Source: Epithemia pelagica
Taxonomy: Eukaryota > Protista > Bacillariophyta
Direction: 5' to 3'
Length of the DNA stretch: 64,000 bases
Assembly: GCA_946965045.2 (NCBI GenBank)
Contig: OX337233.1
Coordinates: forward strand, 2,418,001 to 2,482,000
Numbering within the stretch: the first letter of the stretch is position 1; each line of letters opens with the position of its first letter. A program made the translations under genes and the position numbers. Shown here in pieces: positions 1 to 12,194 of this stretch. The notes beneath the pieces are model-generated. The model was not told where the DNA came from, made no database searches, and was given only the letters and a program-made list of their open reading frames with translations.

Positions 1-1216
1 CACCTCAATGGCTAGTGGCTGTTGCTGTTGTTGTTGCGTCGTCCACCCAAAAGGCCACACACACAGTTTCAGGCCATGCACATGAACTAACCAAAACCTA
101 CAGTGGTTCCCAGAACGGTGGCACCTCTTTTTGGATCCAACAGTCACTTTCAATTTGCAATGGTAAAGGTGCGTTTCAATCGAATAAGAGGTAGACCGTT
201 GATGATGACTGGGAGCAAGACACACGGAGGAGGAGAGCGTGCGGAGGAGATGGAGGAGTGCCCGTTTCTTCCCTGTTTCCTCGGCTGTGTAAACTGTTGG
301 TTCGTTTTTCTTGCCGAGTCCACCGACGCGAGAGAAAGAGGTGTTTGGCTCGTTCTTTCTCTACTACTACACACACACACACAAGAAGACCCCGAGTGTA
401 CTGTGTCGGTTCGTTTCACTCTTGTCTCTTGCAAAAAAGTTGGTGTGCTTTTTGGAGGGAGATTGCGCCGGCCGCCGCCATGGATAAAAAATGGGGCTGT
501 CGGTTGATGTCTCGGCGGGCGTTTCTGTCGGGTAAAGGCTGGCAACAGTTGAATTTTAAAAGAGCCTCCACAAAAATACTTACGGGCCATTGGCCGCGGC
601 GCACGAATGATTGCGCCAAATTTCCGAGACGGAGTGCGCCACACCATGGACATTCAACTACTTGTTCCTATGCTCGACGAGATACACAATGGCCCCCAAC
701 ACTATCTAGCTCTCTAGTGCCTAGTCTACCGCTGTCCTCATGGTGAGGACAAGTATACCCCAGTACATTTTCCTACGCAACGGAAAATCACTCAATTTTC
801 AAAGTGGTTTTCAAGGCTTGGGGTAAAAATTCTCTACAGGAAATCGAATATGAGGAATTTTTTGATATGTTCAGTGGTCGAATCGGCCAAACTTTTTAAA
901 GAAAAATTTATGTTCCAGATTTGAACTTCTGGTAGGCTTTCTACGTAGGGTACCCGGAGGTAGACTAGACACTAGAAAGAGAGAACACATCTCGGACTAA
1001 AGTGCGACAATGATTCTTTTTCCTGCGATTGAAAGACGACTTCATCACAACAACGAGACTTGACGTCATTTTTCAAATTTTCAAAAAGTACGTAAGCGAA
1101 AAGCCACATGGACATGGCCTTCATTTTGTTCTGCCAAAGACTTTTGCCAGAATTATTGGAGAGACAAGCATGGAGAAGCAATCCATACTGTCAGGATGAA
1201 CTCAGCACCTACCAAC

Positions 1217-1849
1217 ATGTTCGTACTTCTTCTTCTTGTTGTTGCGGCAATCGATCCATTTTGGTCCAGAGTCGCAGTGAATGGATTTCCAGTTCAACCA
1301 ACCACGACGACGAGTCGATCCACGACCGACCTCCCATCGCCTTCATTGGCCCTCTCGATGCAGAACAATCATCTCGAGGAGGACAGCATCCAAGAAACAA
1401 CACCACACAGTCCGACATTCACGAGTCGGCGCGACGCCTTGGGATGGATGGCCGCAACGGCCGGCCTGATCGTGATGGGGGCACCTCAACCCTCGGCCGC
1501 CACGTACAGTGCCTACGCTCGTCGGGAACAGGATTGGGAGGCCCGACAAAAGAATGGCGAGGTCCAATACAGTTCGGCCCGCGAATTGCGTCAACAATTG
1601 CGCGAGATTGTCCCCCAAAATTCCGACAAGTCTCGCATCTTTTGTCCCAATGGACCCAGTGCGGCCGTGAGTCCCCTCATGGAAAACAAGTGTGGCGATC
1701 GCATGGCCACGCCCTCGGTCTATGGACGCTCGGACGATGCTGTGGGAAACTCGATTCCAGGATTTTCCAGTGAATATAAGTCCTCCTACATGATTGCCGA
1801 TAGTGTCGGAGGCTTTCCAACCTATCAGGGAACGCAGGGCAAACCGTAA
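1217..1849 (+). CDS. Nuclear-encoded thylakoid-lumen protein of unknown function (tripartite presequence)
   Basis: Signal peptide [12 protein letters not shown]...VAVNG|F (F at +1), S/T-rich transit peptide, then twin-Arg TAT motif [17 protein letters not shown] and an A-x-A cleavage site (PSAA). Start taken at the second Met of ORF 1196..1849. Confidence 0.75.
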   Translation: MFVLLLLVVAAIDPFWSRVAVNGFPVQPTTTTSRSTTDLPSPSLALSMQNNHLEEDSIQETTPHSPTFTSRRDALGWMAATAGLIVMGAPQPSAATYSAYARREQDWEARQKNGEVQYSSARELRQQLREIVPQNSDKSRIFCPNGPSAAVSPLMENKCGDRMATPSVYGRSDDAVGNSIPGFSSEYKSSYMIADSVGGFPTYQGTQGKP

Positions 1850-2150
1850 ACTTGAGAGTCTTTGTGTCCTTACTATACATGGAAAGGAAGGGACTGGTCC
1901 GTCGGGACGCCGTGGAGAACGTGGGATAGGATCGAACGAATCAGGTATACCTGCACAATGTAGTTCGTCGGTGGGAAACCTTGCCTCTGCCTCCAATCAC
2001 GTGTGGTTTCACCAGTCTACTCCATCCACTGTTGTGTGGTTCTGCCCCTGATGACCCTTGCGACACAAATGAATCCCCGCAAGGCAGAAACTACCTAGAA
2101 TGTTTTGTTTTATCCAATTTTGTAGAAACTCGTACGACCCTAAGAGCGTT

Positions 2151-3200
2151 TTATCGTGGTAGGGCATGGACCCCCCGTCGATCAATCCAAAAGTCAACCT
2201 GCAATCGCCCTCCACCACCATACCGAGAGGAGTGACGGAGGATCAGAGTTCGGGGTCGTTGAGGTGGTGGTTGTGAGGACGACACTGCCGACTTGGAGGA
2301 CGACGACGGTTGTGGTCCTGGCCCGTCCTCATGGTTGGGATGGTTTTCGGATTGGCACGGCACGGGTGGTACCACCACCGCCCGAGTAGATGATAGGGTC
2401 GTGGCAAAGCAGGTCGTGCAACAATGCGCCCACGCCAAGCCCAATGCGGGTTGTTCGTGACTGCCCGACACTTGATTCAAGACCAAGACGGTGAGATCAT
2501 GTTCATGGGCCAGTTGATGCAGTCGTTGTGCCACGTAGCACAAAGTGGCGGCACGGTCGACCACACTACTGGTGGTGGTGGACGAAACACACCGAAACAA
2601 ATCGGCCAAGGCATCCACCACCACCAAACGAATCCTACTACTGGTACGAGGAGTGCCATTCGAATCAGGACTGGTCGACGATTGTTGTTGTTGTTGTTGT
2701 TCCAGTAACTGGGGCAGTTGCACATTCAGTACATCCTGCAACCAGTCGTCTTGGTTCAAGACACAGCGAGTTGCAATCCGATTCAAGAGAGTGGGATTTT
2801 CCGAGCTCATTTGGGACAGTCGTTGCAATATCTTGTTGCGTTTGGCACTGCCACCCAAGGAAAAGTACACGGCGCGGTACGATGGAGCCGTGTCTCGGAC
2901 CGAAGCCGTGCATGACGGGTGTGGATTGTGGGGGATGGAAGTATTATTTGTGGTGCCCCCGTCATCATTGGCTTGGGCTTGTCGAAGGCAGAGGTGAAGG
3001 GCGATTTGCGTCTTGCCACTTCCCGCGGGTCCGGCCAGTTCGTAGACACCTCCTGGATACAAGCGCAAAAAGTCGTGGTTGGATCCTTCAATCAGACGCA
3101 ACAGGGATGACTCTTGGTTCCGTTCCTGTTGAAGCAGATCCCAGGCAGTTTGAGGAGATGGAGCAGCAGCATGTCGTCTGTTGGACGAGAGGAGGGTCAT
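2151..3200 (-). CDS. RAD51 paralog (XRCC3-like RecA-fold ATPase)
   Basis: Walker A GPAGSGKT, Walker B RLVVVD, VLVLNQV and PALGLAWAH, typical of XRCC3/RAD51B. ATG at 3200 (MTLLSSNRR); the ORF extension to 3485 begins at a non-ATG codon. Confidence 0.8.
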   Translation of the reverse strand: MTLLSSNRRHAAAPSPQTAWDLLQQERNQESSLLRLIEGSNHDFLRLYPGGVYELAGPAGSGKTQIALHLCLRQAQANDDGGTTNNTSIPHNPHPSCTASVRDTAPSYRAVYFSLGGSAKRNKILQRLSQMSSENPTLLNRIATRCVLNQDDWLQDVLNVQLPQLLEQQQQQQSSTSPDSNGTPRTSSRIRLVVVDALADLFRCVSSTTTSSVVDRAATLCYVAQRLHQLAHEHDLTVLVLNQVSGSHEQPALGLAWAHCCTTCFATTLSSTRAVVVPPVPCQSENHPNHEDGPGPQPSSSSKSAVSSSQPPPQRPRTLILRHSSRYGGGGRLQVDFWIDRRGVHALPR

Positions 3201-3520
3201 GGTTGGTTTGGATGGATGGAACACCGACCACCAAGAACCAAGATGGACCTTCGAACTTCGAACCCCTCGTCCAAAAAGTGCAGTCCGACTGGCGCGCACC
3301 AATCTGAGATCATGGCGCGGGACCAAGACCAACAAAAGTGTTCGGGAATCCCACGAATCGCCCGATGCGCGAAGCTGTTCTACAGTTCTCCAAGCTCCTC
3401 CAAGTTCGAAGTTCCAAAGCGAGTAACATGACTGAATCTCGGTTGCTGCTTCATTCATGCCCTTTAAGCCAACAGTAACAGTCACCCATTTCTCGTCTTG
3501 TGTTGGCTTTACACTATACT

Positions 3521-4999
3521 ATGATTTCACTATTTTGTGATTTTGTGCTTGCGATATGCTGGTTCCAAGTCGTTTCCACGACGGCCGCCAACGAGGTGGG
3601 CCATGAGTCCGATCCGCCCTCCCCCCATTGGATTCTTCAACGAAAGTCGTTCTACACGGATCCAATCCAGCTCCGACGAGGCCAGGTGGCCAACCGGATC
3701 CGAAATTTCACCATCCCCTCGAAACAGATTGCCATTCACAGCTTTGAAATTGACATTGTCGAACGATCCTCTAACGCGCATGATGGTGCGTATGTTCCAG
3801 TGCCACTTTCGGATGGATACCTCCACCACTTGGTGCTCATTCCCAAGACCTATCGTGACGGATTCCGTATCGAAAGTGGAGCGGAATCGCGTGGCACACA
3901 CTATCGGTTTTCGTATCCTCATGGAATGGTAACACAAGAGGGGGAAGACGAATTGTTGGCTTACATTCATATCATGAACAATCGAGGATACAGCCAACCA
4001 GGAGCATTCCATTGCTTGGAATGTCCTTGTGGTGAAAGCGACTACGATAAGGACGGAATCCTAAAACTGGATGAGAACTCGGAGGATGTCTTGCCGTCCT
4101 GGGGATTGTGCAATCAAGCCTTGCTGTCCAATGGGAACACTGCCTGTAGCAATACAACGTACTTGGGAGGCATGAGATGTTGCACAGACCAGAGATTCTG
4201 TATCGAGAACAATGAGGGTAGCGACGAAAGCGATGAGTACATTCTTCGAGTGACACTGGAATACACCACTGTCGACGACGACAGCCAAGACGACCTGGTC
4301 CCCGTAAAGTTTGCCACTTGCTGTGATGCGACAGGAAGCATCGAGAAACATAGTGGCAACTTTGAGTACGATATTCCTCAGTTGTGCGAGCCTAATGATT
4401 CGCTCACGGAGGACTGCATTCATGAACTCACGACGGTTCAATTTCTCAACGAGCTTGGGGAGGATGGAGAAACGGACCATACCGATGATCGATGGATTGA
4501 CCTTGTCTATATGGCAGGTCATTTGCACGTGGGTGGTTTGGAAATTTCCTTTTACCATCATGAAACCGACGAACTGCTCTGTACCAGCCAGCCCCGTTAT
4601 GGCACTGGGATGCCAACGGATATTGGAAACGAGGCTGGTTATCTTGTGGGAATGACGTCGTGCGATTTGTCCCATCGAATGAAAAACAATGCCTTGATTC
4701 GTATCGTGAGTCGATACGATGCTCGACAAGCTCATACAGGCGTCATGGGCTTGGGTCTCATTTTCTTTGCCGAAGTGGAAGATGACAAACAAGAGGAAAT
4801 TGTTGAGGACGTTCTCGGAGGCTTGTTGAGCATTGTCGTGGGCGTATTGCTCCTGATTGGGGTCCCCGCACTCATGCTACGGAGTTTCTTTTCGGAAACT
4901 CAGTACAAAGAAGTACATCTTGATACCGATACCGAGGAAGAAGAATCCGACGTCAATAGGAACATTGAAGAATCGGATGTCACTGTGAGCATTACCTAG
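3521..4999 (+). CDS. SURNod19-like secreted/type I membrane protein with copper-monooxygenase-like His/Met ligands
   Basis: Signal peptide; YLHH, AGHLHVGG, RYGTG...GNEAGYLVGMTSC and HTGVMGL match the plant stress up-regulated Nod19 family; C-terminal TM helix and acidic tail. Confidence 0.7.
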   Translation: MISLFCDFVLAICWFQVVSTTAANEVGHESDPPSPHWILQRKSFYTDPIQLRRGQVANRIRNFTIPSKQIAIHSFEIDIVERSSNAHDGAYVPVPLSDGYLHHLVLIPKTYRDGFRIESGAESRGTHYRFSYPHGMVTQEGEDELLAYIHIMNNRGYSQPGAFHCLECPCGESDYDKDGILKLDENSEDVLPSWGLCNQALLSNGNTACSNTTYLGGMRCCTDQRFCIENNEGSDESDEYILRVTLEYTTVDDDSQDDLVPVKFATCCDATGSIEKHSGNFEYDIPQLCEPNDSLTEDCIHELTTVQFLNELGEDGETDHTDDRWIDLVYMAGHLHVGGLEISFYHHETDELLCTSQPRYGTGMPTDIGNEAGYLVGMTSCDLSHRMKNNALIRIVSRYDARQAHTGVMGLGLIFFAEVEDDKQEEIVEDVLGGLLSIVVGVLLLIGVPALMLRSFFSETQYKEVHLDTDTEEEESDVNRNIEESDVTVSIT

Positions 5000-5445
5000 C
5001 AGATTGCTTGGAGAAGAATTTGTTTGTAGATGCCCACACTCGCACAGAGTTAATCGAGGGTTTCTTGTTCCAGTTCACTTCTTTTCCAGTCGGTTGACCA
5101 ACATGTCGAGGTTGCATATTTCGTTTCAAAAGGGAAAGAAAGTTCATAGGGGATCGTGATCGTCGAATGCCAAAGACGATATTCTTAAAAATAAGAGATT
5201 GTCTCTCTTGTTTACTCCTAGAAGCTAGCTAGCGGTTGTTGTGGTGTTACATTTTCCAACCCTCAAAAAATGAGGAGCATAACACCACTGTCAGTTTCAA
5301 TGTTTCAGCATTCCTGTACTTCAAAATGGACAAGTCTAGGCCTCCACCACTTGTCCTTAACTGAGATTTGTTTCGAAAGACACTCCATCAGATCTTCTGT
5401 GTTTGTCATGTCTTTGTTGGAACCACGGCACAGCAGTCCGCGTTC

Positions 5446-7491
5446 CTACGATTCTCCCATCCATCCCGGAGCAACAATGTTCATGATTCCCACAAATATT
5501 GCATATCCCATGGACAGGAACAAGACTGACAAAAAGACTCCTCCTCCCACTGCAGATTTTCCTTTGGATGCCAGTTCCGCCAAATCATCTTTGGTGTGAG
5601 GCAACCATCCAACAAACAAGATACCAGACATTTGAATTGCCGTAGTAAGGTACGTCAATTTCGCTACATACAACAACAACCAACATGAGCAACATGGCAC
5701 ACCGACTACCCATACGGTACCCACCGGGCACCGGAATGGACTCCATCTAACACTTACTCAGACCGGACAAATGTCCTTCTGCAAGAGTTTTTCGGTCGGC
5801 ATCCCAAATCTTTAACAGCACTGTCGCCAAGGCCGTATTCACGGCCAGAGCGCAATTGTTCATGGTCGTAAACATGGCATAGGATGCTCCCTGGGAATGG
5901 GCCATACGTCAAAAGAATGATGGATGTCAGAGCCAACCCTTGAGACACGCAAAACAAGAATCAATCGGCCGAACATACCTCGCTCCCATCGGGACAAAGA
6001 TGCACCATCATAATAGTGGTTGGAAGAAACTGTACTCCTCCAACAAATTCGGCAAACACATCATCGCCTATGGCAAACCAAAAATTGGAGAGACCAAAGG
6101 TAATGCCGTAGATCAGCAAAACTTGTAAGGCACTGAAAAACCCGTTTAAAAGGGTTGTCCAAACATAGACCGATCGCCATGAGTATCGAATGAAGTAATG
6201 TTTGTACGCCAAGATACCCAGAAAGAGCAAGACATATCCAACGTTGGAAAGGAGATTGAGCTGACACGAGGTAAATCCCAAAACAGTCCGCTGAAATTCT
6301 TTCCAAGCCGAGTTTCCCACTTGCAGGAGATTGTATACAAAGACAAATCCCATTGGTTGCCAAGCAGCCCGACTGCAAACAGCGTTCCAGATCTCTCTGC
6401 ATTGCTCCGGTGTCGATGCAATGGGTGCATCTACTACTTCTCTGAGGTTGTAAATTGCTGGAAGGATACAGAGGGGAAGAATCGCCAAGAGCAAAATGAC
6501 CGACGAGGGTCCATGGACGGAATAGAGATAGGTTGAAAATGGTGAGGCTATCATAGCACCACCAAATCGAAACGAATAACATGTAGATTGAATGGACCCA
6601 CGACTTTCGGGTGGTTCAAGTTTTGCCTTTTCCGCCACGATACTGTCTCCCATAACGTCTGCCTACGAGAAGAGAAACAACAAAGTTTGACCGTGGGTTG
6701 TCGAGTAGAAAAGGAAGTACCACCACAATTGTTGAACATGTACTCACCATCCAAAATCCGAACCCGAAAGTAAGCACCATGACTGCCAAGAATGGAATGC
6801 TTGGAGCATCGTCTGGTATGTTGTTGGGTACAGTCGTTGCATCATCGTCCTCGCTGGTATCGTCTGCAAAGCAGGCTTCTCCCCGTGTCGTCACGTCCAA
6901 GTTGGAAAATAAGAGAAGAGCAGCCATGGATAGAGACGCTAGGATCCAACCTGCGAACATGTAGGGCTTGCGACGATAGCCCATAATTGGATAATTGTCA
7001 CTCACAAAGCCAAAGAGAATTTTGAAAGAAGCTGGCAGACCTCGAATGGCTCCAAACGTTGTTTGTTGCGCTTCCGATGCGGCCAGGTCGAGGGGCAATA
7101 CACCAATAATGGGAGAAGACAAACCTTGCAACAATCCTACCAAAAGGTAACACCCGGGAACAGCAATATTTTCCGGTCGGAGCAACTGACATGACCTCGG
7201 CAAGTGAGGTGGAAACAAGGTGCGATCCCACCACTCTCGAGAGAAATAGTCGGTATGCAACTTGATTTCCTGGAGAGGTCCAATTTCACTAATGATTTCA
7301 ACCTCTTCATCTTCTTCTCCAACAGTGTACGCTCCCGTGTCGTTGTCAGTTGTCTTTTCTCGTAACGGTTGCATTTCAAATTCCGATTCTCGGTCGACAG
7401 CATTGGTATGCCGTCTCTTGTGGTGGTAATGCACCTCCGTATCACCACCACCACCTCCTCCATTGGATTTCTCCTCGTAGTCTTTCCCCAT
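5446..7491 (-). CDS. Folate-biopterin transporter (BT1/FBT family, MFS), 4 exons
   Basis: LPASFKILFGFVSDNYPIMGYRRKPY motif. Exons ~7491-6748, 6662-~5984, ~5891-5759 and 5663-5446 are joined by GT-AG introns, giving WM|ADVMGDSIVAEK, GSE|GASYAMFTT and SGL|TKLTYLTT. Confidence 0.9.
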
Positions 7492-7876
7492 CTTCGATCC
7501 TTTGAGCAGAACCAATGATATGGTTTTGTCTAGAGAGTCCGCAAATAGTTGTTCTTGCTCAAAGGTTATCTGGACGGATCGACCGTTTGCTCTTCTTCTC
7601 GTCTTTGGCTTGTTGTCGCGTCTTTGCGGTGCTTGTGTCGCGGTTGGGTGTTGGGTGCAATGATGGGGGCAACCCCAAAATTATGATCCCATTTTTTCTT
7701 TTCTCTTTTCCCGTTTTATCCACAATGTGGAGGGTGAAGAGGAGGGGGCATCAAGTTGACGTACGTGTAACTCATCATCAAATGCGACCCGAACTGACGA
7801 GGTATCGCATGGAACTCAACCAACCATCACACTCTCTCATTCCTTCGATTGTCTGACGACTACGACGACCACTGGC

Positions 7877-9443
7877 ATGACCATGCTATTCACGTTTACT
7901 TTAACTCTCTTGGTGGGAAGTACTGCGGCCTTTACGCCACGGAATATTGCGGGGCAGAGAAGTCCATCGACGTACCAGACGTCCGCCTTGGATGTTCTGC
8001 CTGGATCGAAAGGTACAGGAGAGGGATGGATCAGTGCGTCGGCGCCCGTCAATACGGAAGAATCTTTGAAGAAAACACTCGCTAAAAGCTTGGAAGGGTC
8101 CAATTTCAAAAAGCGATTAAGTCTTTTAGGTTCCACAGGTTCAATTGGAACTCAAACATTGCAAATCGTCGATGCGTGCCCCGACAACTTTGAAGTCGAC
8201 GCTTTGTCGGCTGGAACCAACGCTCGGTTGATGGCCGAACAAGTCATCAAGTATACGCCCCGTGTTGCATCGTTGGCCACACCAGAGGCTGCGGCCGAAT
8301 TGAAGGAAATTCTCGAAGCTACTCCCAATTTCAGTGACATGCCCGAAATTGTGCATGGAGAAGAGGGCATCTTGCAAGCTGCGACGGTCGATACGGCCGA
8401 CACGGTCGTGACAGGAATTGTCGGCGCGGCTGGATTGAAACCAACCATTGAAGCGATCAAGCTGAAAAAGGATATTGCGCTCGCCAATAAAGAAACGCTC
8501 ATTTCGGGTGGAGCCGTGATCAACCCACTTGTGGAAGAATACGGCGTCAACATGGTACATAAACAGCTGCTCAACCGTTGCTGTACAACAAACCCCTCTT
8601 CTAATGACGATTTGTTCTTGCTTGTTATTTTCTTTCATTTTCTCGTTATGAATTCAGCTACCAGCTGACAGTGAACACAGTGCCATCTTTCAGTGTCTTC
8701 AGGGAGTTCCACCAGGAGGGCTTCGACGCGTCATCTTGACGGCGTCGGGTGGTGCCTTCCGTGATTTATCAAAGGACGAGCTGTTCCGTATGTGCCAGGA
8801 GGATCCTCGCACCATCCAGGCCAAGGCAACCACACACCCAAACTGGGACATGGGTGCGAAAATTACACTGGACAGTGCTACAATGATGAACAAGGGATTG
8901 GAGGTCATCGAAGCTCATTATCTCTTCGGTGCTAGCTATGACGATATTGACGTTGTGATTCACCCTCAGTCCATCGTTCATTCCATGGTGGAAACCCAAG
9001 ATACGTCATGCATTGCTCAACTTGGCTGGGCTGACATGCGATTGCCTTTGGTTTATTCGATTTCGTGGCCGCACCGACTAAAAATGCCGTACAAACCGCT
9101 GGATCTTGCGGAACTCGCTACCCTCACATTCAAGGCACCTGACACTGAAAAGTACCCATGCATCCGATTGGCATACGAAGCAGGCCGGGCTGGTGGAACC
9201 ATGACGGCTGTTTTGAACGCCGCCAACGAAGCCGCAAATGAAATGTTCCGACAGGATGTAGGACTGGGATTTTTGGATATTCCCAAACTTATAGAAGGTG
9301 CCATGGAGGCACACAAGGATGACCACAAGACGACAGACATCACGTTGGATGATATTCTAAGTTGCGATGAGTGGGCACGAAACTATGTTGACCAGCAAAC
9401 CGAAGCTACCACGAAGAGCGTTCACTTGCTTACGACGCAATAG
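7877..9443 (+). CDS. DXR: 1-deoxy-D-xylulose 5-phosphate reductoisomerase (MEP pathway), plastid-targeted, 2 exons
   Basis: Bipartite presequence (GSTAA|FTP); [18 protein letters not shown] motif, [18 protein letters not shown] (after intron 8555-8657), [21 protein letters not shown]. Confidence 0.97.
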
Positions 9444-10402
9444 ATACCCACACGTTCAATCATTAAGTACAAAAAGCACAACTGTTCACCTACGAATACT
9501 CCTACATCTCGTGTGGCAACACTCTGTCAGAAGATTGTGCCTTCTCCTGTTTCTTTCATCTGTTAGTACGTTAGGGCCACTCGGTAAAGAGAAGTGGCAG
9601 TCTCGGGGTCTTCGAATGATTACCAAGGGAGTCTGAAGAAGTTAAAGTGTTCCCAGGAGTCATGCTATTTCTCGACTGTAGCTACTCCGTGAATCTAGAT
9701 TTATGGCTACAATTGGTCTTGTTTGAGCGATCAGTCCCTGCTACTCCATGTGTACAACTTGCTCATCAGTGTGAAGGATTGCTTGTGTCTTTGATACAAT
9801 CCTTTCTGTGTTCACACGAAACAAACAGTCAGCCCTGTTTGGGTCTTGTGGTTACACAGGATCTATGACCTTGCTCTTGAGAATTTGGAGAGAGGTTCAA
9901 GATGACGATGTATTGAAAGAGCATCAACCCCCATCACCATCGTCTTCCATACTGTACAAAATTTTCTTCTGTACATCGAATCCGTTGTAATGCCAAGCGT
10001 GACCATGAGACCCCAGTTGGTCCCGCTGCGAACATCTTCTGTCGCGCAGGAGGCATAACAATTTTGGCGTGATCCCGAGGCGGAGAGTCCTGCTCGGATC
10101 TTGTATGGTGGCCGAAATCAAATATATACGAGGCTTAAGTAAAATCTGATGAGCGCCGGGCATGGCCTCTATATACTTGCGAAGAAGCAGGCGTACTCGG
10201 TCGTTTGTCGGGACCGTCGAATCTGGCTCACCGACCGAATCACGAAAAATTTTCTTGACACGCTACCTACATTCTCACTTTATGCCCGCCCACCAATTTT
10301 GTAGAGCGTGGAACATCCGCCATTCCCATTAGAAGGGCTCATAATATCGGACGGCGAGGATACACGAGGTGATTCCTTCTACTTACGTTTCTTTCATCAA
10401 CT

Positions 10403-11902
10403 ATGCTTCGCCCAGGAAAGAATCCACAAGGTGACCTGCCGAACTACTACGCTGCAGCAGCAACCTCGACCGCCATTCCATCCGGTGGTGCTTACGGAGG
10501 AGGATACGGTCATATTTCAAGTGACGACTATCAATCAAAATCGAGCGGAAGAAGAAGCTTCAGTCGCCAGTACGACAATGCCTTCAAGGATAAACCTCGG
10601 AGATCAAACCAACCAGACTTTCTCGAAATTTTCAAGAGACATGCGAAAGAACCGTTTGCATGGGTGTCCCTTACAGCCGCTTTCTTCTTCTTGATGACTG
10701 TCCACTTCCGCGGTCAGAGGAATTGGATTCTACGCTCTGTCAGAGTTCCGAATGGTTACGAACTCGTCGAGTCGTTCCACAATGCCCAAAAGGACTTGGA
10801 AAACTGCCGCGATGAGTCAACAAGGAAACAAGCGTCAACATACGATCTGCAGGATCAATTGACGACCATGAGAAAGCAAGTCGAAAAACTCAAGCTTGAC
10901 AAGGCAGCAGCAGAGCAGAAACCAAAGGAGAAACTGTCCGAGAAGCACAAGGAACACATTGACACTCTAACCGCACGTGATTTTGCCTGGAAAGAGCAAG
11001 TTGAAATTCTTCAAAATGCCACTCAGCGAGAATCGAAGAGGTCGGCCTTGGAACTGTAAGTCAATGGGTGCCAACTTGTACGTAGTGACCACCGAACTAG
11101 GTAGTCTCACATATCCTTCAACAGGTTTGGCCCCGGCCCACATCACGTCAAGATTACAGTAATTTTTCCCGACGACGAGAAAGAGAAAGAGGAACATTTC
11201 ATTCTTGAAATGGCTCCTCTAGACGTAATGCCTCACTCGGTACATTTCTTTTTGCAGCAAGTTGTGCATGGTCTCTGGAACGACGCTTGGTTCTACTTGA
11301 ATGGACCTCATGTCTTGCAAGCTGGTCCAGAGGCGGGTGAGGAGGAAGAATATCTATGGAACCTGGCGCACCCGGAGGAGGACGAACGCGCTTACGCAAT
11401 GCACAAGTTTAAAGAAGCTTCCTTGGAGCATTTGTCGTTTCCAGAATATTCAGACCAATTCCCACATGAAAAGTGGACAGTTGGTTTCACAGGACGTCCC
11501 GGTGGTCCTGACTTTTACATCAACAAACTTGACAATACAAAACAACACGGCCCTGGCGGACAAGATCATCACGATCTTATTGAATACGCTGATCCGTGCT
11601 TCGCTAAAGTCGTGGACGGTTTTGACGTACTCAAGAGAATGTACAAGTTGTACACATATCCTGATGAGGACGAGTGGGTAAGTTTTTTTGTGGGTGACTC
11701 CGTTCCATGAATGCACTAGCCTGATCTTTTCCGTTTTTCAATAAAGGGGTGGTTCTACGAGGAGCCCGTTCATATTGTTAATGCCAAAATCATGGAGGAT
11801 CTCCCGTTGAAGATTGAGGTTGCTCCGGATACGGGTAAACATACTCGTAAGTCAGAGAAACCTCTCAAGAAATTCAAAATTGAGAATCAAGTGGACCCAT
11901 AG
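10403..11902 (+). CDS. Type II membrane protein with coiled coil and divergent cyclophilin-like domain, 3 exons
   Basis: Exons 10403-11055, 11125-11677 and 11747-11902 (GT-AG). TM helix FAWVSLTAAFFFLMTV, coiled coil, then MPHSVHFFLQQV...GFTGRPGGPDFYINKLDN...DPCFAKVVDG (cyclophilin-like fold). Confidence 0.7.
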
Positions 11903-12194
11903 TCACACCGATGGAGATTTAGTCAGCTCAATATCTAGTTTGGGCGGATTACGCAAAATCGCCAGAATGGACGATTTCGAATGCATTTCGAATGCAACTA
12001 TTAGTATAGAGTTTTTCACCACGACATGTAATGGGCTTGTGGAGCCCTACAAGGAGATTTGTCGCGTTTCTATTTAGGCTGATCCTCATGTGTTCAATAG
12101 CAGACTACAAGTTATCTTTAATTGTATGACAATTGATAATATGCCCTCCTCAAGCTACACTATTGGAGATACTGTGACACATGCCGAAAAACTT

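Noticed and set aside
103-746. Overlapping 130-170-aa ORFs on both strands
   Set aside because: Low-complexity/microsatellite-containing, no motifs; likely upstream or intergenic sequence.
756-824. TACCCC...GGGGTA bounded segment resembling AcademH ends
   Set aside because: Only ~7 bp match, no AGTCGCAC subterminal motif and no TSD.
9924-10163. 79-aa - strand ORF upstream of the cyclophilin-like gene
   Set aside because: No motif or compositional support; probably promoter or intergenic.
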